Assembly (NCBI GenBank): GCA_963799485.1 | Contig: CAWCXJ010000005.1 | Location: forward strand, 132,309-196,308 | Reading direction: 5' to 3' | From: an uncultured Trueperaceae bacterium | GTDB lineage: Bacteria > Deinococcota > Deinococci > Deinococcales > Trueperaceae | DNA: 64,000 nt | Shown: positions 59,252 to 64,000 of the stretch, piece by piece | How positions within the stretch are numbered: position 1 is the first letter of the stretch | Layout of the letters: each line of letters starts with the position of its first letter | The notes under the pieces: model-generated | Databases searched by the model: none | Told to the model about the DNA's origin: nothing | The model's input: the letters and a program-made list of their open reading frames with translations, nothing else | Position numbers and translations under genes: made by a program

Positions 59252-61425
59252 TGGATTTTCGGCACGTCAATTATTTGTGGGATGACGACAAGGCGGCGCA
59301 GTTAGGGCCGGTAGAACGGCTCGTCTACCGCTCGAACCTCTTAGGTCAAGACCAGCGCATTACGAATACAGGCGGCGGCAACACCTCGGCGAAACTCACC
59401 ATGCGCGACCCGCTGACGGGCGAAGACGCCGAAATCTTATGGGTCAAAGGCTCCGGCGGCGACCTGAGGACGTCCAAACGCGAAAACTTCGCCTCGCTCT
59501 ATCTGGAGAAGTTGGAGGCGCTTAAAAGTATCTACAACGCTGCGCCCGACAGGGGTGTCAAAACGCCCGTTGAAGACGAGATGGTGGGGCTGTACCCGCA
59601 TACGGTTTACGGGCTGAACCCCAGGGCCTCGTCTATCGACACGCCGCTGCACGCCTTTATCCCTTTTAAGCACGTAGACCACACCCACCCGAACGCCGTG
59701 ATTGCCATCGCCGCGTCCGAAAACGGTGAGGCGCTGACCCGTGAGATTTACGGCGATGAAGTCGGCTGGATTGCGTGGCAGCGCCCCGGTTTCGACCTGG
59801 GTCTGAAGATGCAGGAGCTGGTGGAGCAAAACCCCAACCTTAAAGGTCTGGTGATGGGTCAGCACGGGCTTATCAACTGGGCGGGCGACGACCGGGCGTG
59901 TTACGAGCTGACGCTGACGCTGATTGAAAAGGCGGCGCGGTTTATCGAGGCGCGGGACAAGGGTGCCGAGACGTTCGGCGGGCAGAAGGTGAAGGTACTC
60001 GAGGAAACAGACCGTAACGCCCTTTTACGGCGCGTTTTGCCCGTTTTACGGGGACTGGCTTCACAGGAAAACCGTTTTGTGGCAACCGTTGAGGCTCGGC
60101 CTGAAGTTTTAGAGTTCGTCTCGAGCCAAGACGCTCCCCGACTCGCCGAACTCGGGACGAGCTGCCCCGACCACTTCTTACGCACCAAAATCAAACCGCT
60201 GTACCTCGAGTGGACGCCGGACGACGGGGTGGACGCGCTGCGCGAGAAACTTCAACCAGCACTGGCAAGTTACCGTAAAGATTACGCCGCCTACTACGAA
60301 AAATGTAAACACCCCGACTCACCGCCGCTGCGCGACCCCAACCCGACCGTTGTGCTAATTCCCGGCGTGGGCATGGTCGCTTTCGGTAAAAACAAAAGTG
60401 AGTCTCGAGTCACCGCCGAGTTTTACACCTGCGCCGTCGCGGTGATGCGCGGTGCGGAGGCGGTCGGACGCTACCTCTCGCTACCCGCGCAAGAAGCGTT
60501 TGATATCGAATACTGGGCGTTGGAAGAAGCGAAACTCCGCCGGATGCCCGCCGAGCGTGAGTTCGCCCGGAGCGTCGTCGTCGTTGTCGGCGCAGGGAGC
60601 GGTATCGGTCGCGCCGTTGCGGAGCGCGTTGCGGCGGAGAGCGCACACATCGTCGCCGCCGACCTGAGTTTGGACGCGGCGCAGGCCACTGCAGATATTT
60701 TAACGGAGCGTTACGGCGTCGGTATCGGCGTTGCCGGGACAGGTATTTCAGGCTGCGGCCCGGCGCTCGGCCTACAGGTCGACGTGACGAATCGCGCCAG
60801 TATCCAAGAGATGCTTGGACAAATTGTTTTAGCTTACGGCGGCGTTGACACTGTCATCGTCACAGCAGGCATCTTTATCTCACCCGACGCCACTGGGCAC
60901 ATCCCCGATGAAGCCTGGGCGAAAACCTTCGGTATCAACGTCACGGGCGGCTACCTCGTCGCCGACGAGGCGCAGCGTATCTGGGCGGCGCAGGGCTTAA
61001 GCGGGAGTCTGGTGTTGACAACGAGTGTCAACGGTGCGGTGCCGAAAAAGGGCTCTTTGGCTTACGACACCTCGAAGGCGGCGGCGAATCACCTGGTACG
61101 GGAGCTGGCTTTAGAGCTTTCCCCGCTCGTCCGGGTAAACGGCCTGGCCCCGGCAACCGTCGTCGAAGGCAGCGCGATGTTTCCCAGAGAGCGCGTGATT
61201 AGTTCTTTGACAAAGTACGATATTACGTTTTCTGAAGCCGAAGAAACTGAAGCGTTGCGCGACAAACTCTCCGCGTTTTACGCCGAACGCACCCTTACAA
61301 AGTCGCCGATTACGCTTGCTGACCAAGCCGAGGCCGCTTACCTTTTGGCGAGCAGCAAGTTGTCTAAAACGACGGGGCAAATTATCAGTGTGGACGGCGG
61401 TTTGCCGGAGGCGTTTTTACGGTAA
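59251..61425 (+). CDS. rhaEW: Bifunctional rhamnulose-1-phosphate aldolase / L-lactaldehyde dehydrogenase (class II aldolase fused to SDR)
   Basis: MDFRHVNYLWDD...LVYRSNLLGQDQRITNTGGGNTSAK N-terminal aldolase region; C-terminal SDR (VVVVGAGSGIGRAVA, YDTSKAA). I chose the ATG at 59251; the track start at 58885 overlaps lutC in another frame. Confidence 0.88.
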   Translation: MDFRHVNYLWDDDKAAQLGPVERLVYRSNLLGQDQRITNTGGGNTSAKLTMRDPLTGEDAEILWVKGSGGDLRTSKRENFASLYLEKLEALKSIYNAAPDRGVKTPVEDEMVGLYPHTVYGLNPRASSIDTPLHAFIPFKHVDHTHPNAVIAIAASENGEALTREIYGDEVGWIAWQRPGFDLGLKMQELVEQNPNLKGLVMGQHGLINWAGDDRACYELTLTLIEKAARFIEARDKGAETFGGQKVKVLEETDRNALLRRVLPVLRGLASQENRFVATVEARPEVLEFVSSQDAPRLAELGTSCPDHFLRTKIKPLYLEWTPDDGVDALREKLQPALASYRKDYAAYYEKCKHPDSPPLRDPNPTVVLIPGVGMVAFGKNKSESRVTAEFYTCAVAVMRGAEAVGRYLSLPAQEAFDIEYWALEEAKLRRMPAEREFARSVVVVVGAGSGIGRAVAERVAAESAHIVAADLSLDAAQATADILTERYGVGIGVAGTGISGCGPALGLQVDVTNRASIQEMLGQIVLAYGGVDTVIVTAGIFISPDATGHIPDEAWAKTFGINVTGGYLVADEAQRIWAAQGLSGSLVLTTSVNGAVPKKGSLAYDTSKAAANHLVRELALELSPLVRVNGLAPATVVEGSAMFPRERVISSLTKYDITFSEAEETEALRDKLSAFYAERTLTKSPITLADQAEAAYLLASSKLSKTTGQIISVDGGLPEAFLR

Positions 61426-61426
61426 A

Positions 61427-61497
61427 AGCAACGAGCAATTGGTGATGAGCAATGAGTAAAGCCCCTTCTCACTGCTCGTTGCTCGGTACTCATTGCT
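61427..61497 (+). repeat. Two interleaved 11-bp perfect inverted repeats in the rhaEW-downstream spacer
   Basis: A agcaacgagca (61427-61437) pairs with A' tgctcgttgct (61473-61483). B agcaatgagta (61448-61458) pairs with B' tactcattgct (61487-61497). The order A-B-A'-B' allows a pseudoknot or alternative hairpins. Confidence 0.6.
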
Positions 61498-61509
61498 TTA
61501 AGATAGCCT

Positions 61510-62379
61510 ATGAAACTCGCATGGATAGGTCTCGGCACGATGGGCGCGCCGATGGCGCAGCGTTTGATTGACGCAGGGCTCGAGGTAACGGTTTACAACC
61601 GTACCCAAAAACGCGAAGAAAACGTTACGGGGGCGAAGCGGGCCGACAGCCCCCAAGGGGCCGCATCAGACTGTGACGCCGTGTTTACGATGGTCAGCGA
61701 CACGCCGGACGCCGAAGCCGTGATTGCCGGTGAAGGGGGCGCACTTTACGGTATGAAACCCGGCAGCGTGCTGGTAGACATGAGCACCATCAGCCCCGCT
61801 GTGACGCAAAGCTTAGCCGCGCAGCTCGCTGAAAAAGGTATAGAGATGCTCGACGCGCCTGTTTCGGGCGGCAGCGAAGGCGCGCAAAAAGGTACGCTCG
61901 CGGTGATGGTCGGGGGTAAAGCTGAGGTTTTAGAGCGCGTTCAGGACGTGCTTTCACACCTCGCTAAAACTGTGACTTATGTGGGGCCGTCCGGGAGTGG
62001 GCAGCTTGTCAAGGCTATCAACCAGGTGGTGATTGCCGGGACATATGCAGCGGTTGCTGAGGGGATGGCGCTCGGCCTCGCCGCAGATTTGGATATGGAC
62101 GCGGTGGTTTCGGCGATTGCGGGTGGTGCGGCGGGCTCGTGGGTGTTAGAAAACCGCTCCGGCAACATGATTCGCGGTGAGTATCCGCTCGGGTTTCGGA
62201 CACGGCTGCACCGTAAAGATTTGGGGATTGCGCTCTCGGCGGCGCGGGATTTAGGGGTGCCGCTTCAGGTTACGGCGCTTGTAGAACAGCTCGAGACCGG
62301 CCTTATCAAACGGGGTTACGGCGACGAAGACGTGTCGAATATCGCCCGAGCGGTGCGGGAGAGTGCGGGGCTCAAGTGA
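61510..62379 (+). CDS. NAD(P)-dependent oxidoreductase, 3-hydroxyisobutyrate / tartronate-semialdehyde reductase family
   Basis: MKLAWIGLGTMGAPMAQRL Rossmann N-terminus, DAPVSGG, and a C-terminal helical domain. Confidence 0.85.
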   Translation: MKLAWIGLGTMGAPMAQRLIDAGLEVTVYNRTQKREENVTGAKRADSPQGAASDCDAVFTMVSDTPDAEAVIAGEGGALYGMKPGSVLVDMSTISPAVTQSLAAQLAEKGIEMLDAPVSGGSEGAQKGTLAVMVGGKAEVLERVQDVLSHLAKTVTYVGPSGSGQLVKAINQVVIAGTYAAVAEGMALGLAADLDMDAVVSAIAGGAAGSWVLENRSGNMIRGEYPLGFRTRLHRKDLGIALSAARDLGVPLQVTALVEQLETGLIKRGYGDEDVSNIARAVRESAGLK

Positions 62380-62908
62380 ATTTGGGCGAAGCTTACCTGT
62401 CTGACGTTCGGAACCGTTTCATCAGCCTGAAGAAGCTGGCGGACGATGCGCTGAAACAAGCCGACGCCGACTTTTTTACGGTCTTGGGGCCGGAAGATAA
62501 CTCTCTGGCAGTTATCGTCAAGCATATGAGCGGGAATATGGTGTCGCGTTGGGGCAATTTGAGCGAGGATGGGGAGAGTAAAAGTAGAGACCGCGACGCC
62601 GAGTTTATCATTTCGGAAAGCCGGGATGATTTACTCGCACGGTGGGAAAACGGTTGGGATACGCTGTTTGGGGCGCTCGAGTCGCTCAACCCCGACAAGT
62701 TGTTAGACACCGTAAAAATTCGCGGCGAAGCACACACGATATGGCCGCCGTAAACCGGCAGCTAAGCCACTACGCCTATCATGTAGGCCAAATCGTCTTT
62801 CTCGCCAAGCATTTTCGGGGTGAGGCGTGGGCGAGTTTGAGTATTCCGCGCGGGGAGTCGGCAGCGTTTAACGAGAAGATGCTCGAGAGGAATGACAAAA
62901 CAATTTAG
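62376..62908 (+). pseudogene. DinB-like DUF1572 family gene interrupted by a frameshift
   Basis: ORF 62376-62753 ends ...KIRGEAHTIWPP-stop. The family sequence continues in the +2 frame from about 62741 (MAAVNRQLSHYAYHVGQIVFLAKHFRGEAWASLSIPRGES). The two halves join with a 1-nt shift near 62739-62741 (acgatatgg). Confidence 0.6.
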
Positions 62909-62917
62909 AGGTTCTGT

Positions 62918-64000
62918 CTACTGGATAGATTGTAAGTCAGCCATTGTAGGAAGGTCGGCCTCCGTAATAGCAGACAGGTTTTCTTCAGTGATGTCGGTTA
63001 TCGTCACGATGCGATTCGCTTGGTTACTGAGCGTCATTTCAAAGAGGTTTCTGGCAAATCTTGCGTTACCAAAAGTTTCATCTCGAGTTTCGTAAAAAGT
63101 GGCGAAGAGTTGAAGTAAAGCGTCTCTCGCTGCTTGCTCCATATGGTAATCGGCGTTTTTGCAAAATAACTCAAAAATTTCAACCAGCTGCATTGGGCTG
63201 TAGTCTTCAAAGCTCAAGTACTTGTTGAAGCGTGAGCGTAAACCTGGATTAGAAGACAGAAAGGCGCTCATCTTGTCGGTGTAGCCAGCGACAATAACGA
63301 TGAAGTCATCACGCTTGTCCTCCATAGCTTTGAGTAAGGTATCAATAGCCTCCTGCCCGTAATCTTGCCCACTTCCCGAATTTAGGGCATACGCTTCGTC
63401 AATGAACAGAACACCACCGAGGGCGCTTTCTATAACTTCTGTGGTTTTTAACGCCGTCTGGCCTATATAGCCTGCGACGAGGCCGGAACGGTCTGTTTCT
63501 ACTGCGTGCCCCTTGCTCAATATGCCCAGTGACTTATAAATTTGGGCCAAAAGCCGCGCAATAGTGGTTTTTCCGGTGCCTGGATTCCCGTAAAAGACCA
63601 AGTGGCGAGATACAGGCTGTACGCCCAAACCTTTAGACTGCCGGATCTGCTGAACTTTCAAAAAGTTCACAAGCTGTGCCACATCACCTTTAACGCGCTC
63701 GAGGCCAACAAGAGCATTCAACTCACCAAGTAGTCCGTCAAGGCTGTGGGGGACTCCTTCGGTGGAGCTTGCAATTTCGTTTGTGACTTCAGTAGGTTTG
63801 CCGGATATGTTGCTGTAATTTGAATCCGCCCCATACAGAACATTCTTGAACTTGAGTAGCGCAGCTTCTTCGGTGCGTGTGAGTTTGCCGTCGGCTTTGA
63901 CTATGGTGTTAGCGTATCGAAAATACACCGCTCTAGCAATTTCAACACAATCAGTGCCACGCACTTGGTCGTAAACTTCGAGAAAACCCATCGCTTGTGG
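62918..64000 (-). CDS. AAA+ ATPase of the SpoVK/CbbX type with a TerB-like N-terminal region; 5' end probably outside the window
   Basis: Walker A GNPGTGKTT, Walker B LFIDEAY, sensor/arginine-finger region NPGLRSRF. The N-terminal ...KADGKLTRTEEAALLKF is TerB-like. The frame is still open at base 64000. The gene is noticeably AT-richer than its neighbours. Confidence 0.8.
   Translation of the reverse strand, partial: PQAMGFLEVYDQVRGTDCVEIARAVYFRYANTIVKADGKLTRTEEAALLKFKNVLYGADSNYSNISGKPTEVTNEIASSTEGVPHSLDGLLGELNALVGLERVKGDVAQLVNFLKVQQIRQSKGLGVQPVSRHLVFYGNPGTGKTTIARLLAQIYKSLGILSKGHAVETDRSGLVAGYIGQTALKTTEVIESALGGVLFIDEAYALNSGSGQDYGQEAIDTLLKAMEDKRDDFIVIVAGYTDKMSAFLSSNPGLRSRFNKYLSFEDYSPMQLVEIFELFCKNADYHMEQAARDALLQLFATFYETRDETFGNARFARNLFEMTLSNQANRIVTITDITEENLSAITEADLPTMADLQSIQ

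Overview
Gene-dense chromosomal segment, roughly 60% GC by eye (not computed). I found no rRNA or tRNA genes, transposases, integrases or CRISPR arrays. Gene content (Taq-type M32 carboxypeptidase, 7-gene Mrp antiporter, T-box upstream of valS, heavy GTG/TTG start use) suggests a Deinococcus-Thermus-like or similar high-GC bacterium; this is a low-confidence guess. Housekeeping genes: guaA, apbC/mrp, valS with a T-box leader, pstSCAB, ferredoxin, rsmI, mfd, era. Accessory content: (1) a stand-alone microbial rhodopsin (20.7-21.5 kb) with a Lys at the proton-donor position and a Gly at the carotenoid-window position, convergent with a CRP/FNR regulator that follows a carboxypeptidase-mrpABCDEFG block; (2) a copZ-dsbB pair in one reading frame, separated only by a TAG; (3) a single dynamin-like GTPase, a lipoprotein and an MmeI-family Type IIL restriction-modification enzyme flanked by long non-coding gaps; (4) a siderophore-type ABC uptake operon with two binding proteins, a nitroreductase-family protein and a flavodoxin fusion, plus a 32-bp tandem repeat that creates two mini-ORFs at the permease junction; (5) orphan or decayed antitoxin-like genes around rsmI, next to 14-bp repeat arrays; (6) a rhamnose, L-lactaldehyde and L-lactate cluster (deoR-rhaI-lutABC-rhaEW) lacking a kinase and a transporter; (7) a frameshifted DinB/DUF1572 gene and a lower-GC TerB-like AAA+ ATPase gene running off the right edge. 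None of these is demonstrably a new system from sequence alone. The rhodopsin module, the FMN-protein-containing siderophore operon and the copZ-TAG-dsbB arrangement look most worth follow-up. Coordinates of refined starts come from the ORF track plus in-frame arithmetic, checked against the printed sequence.
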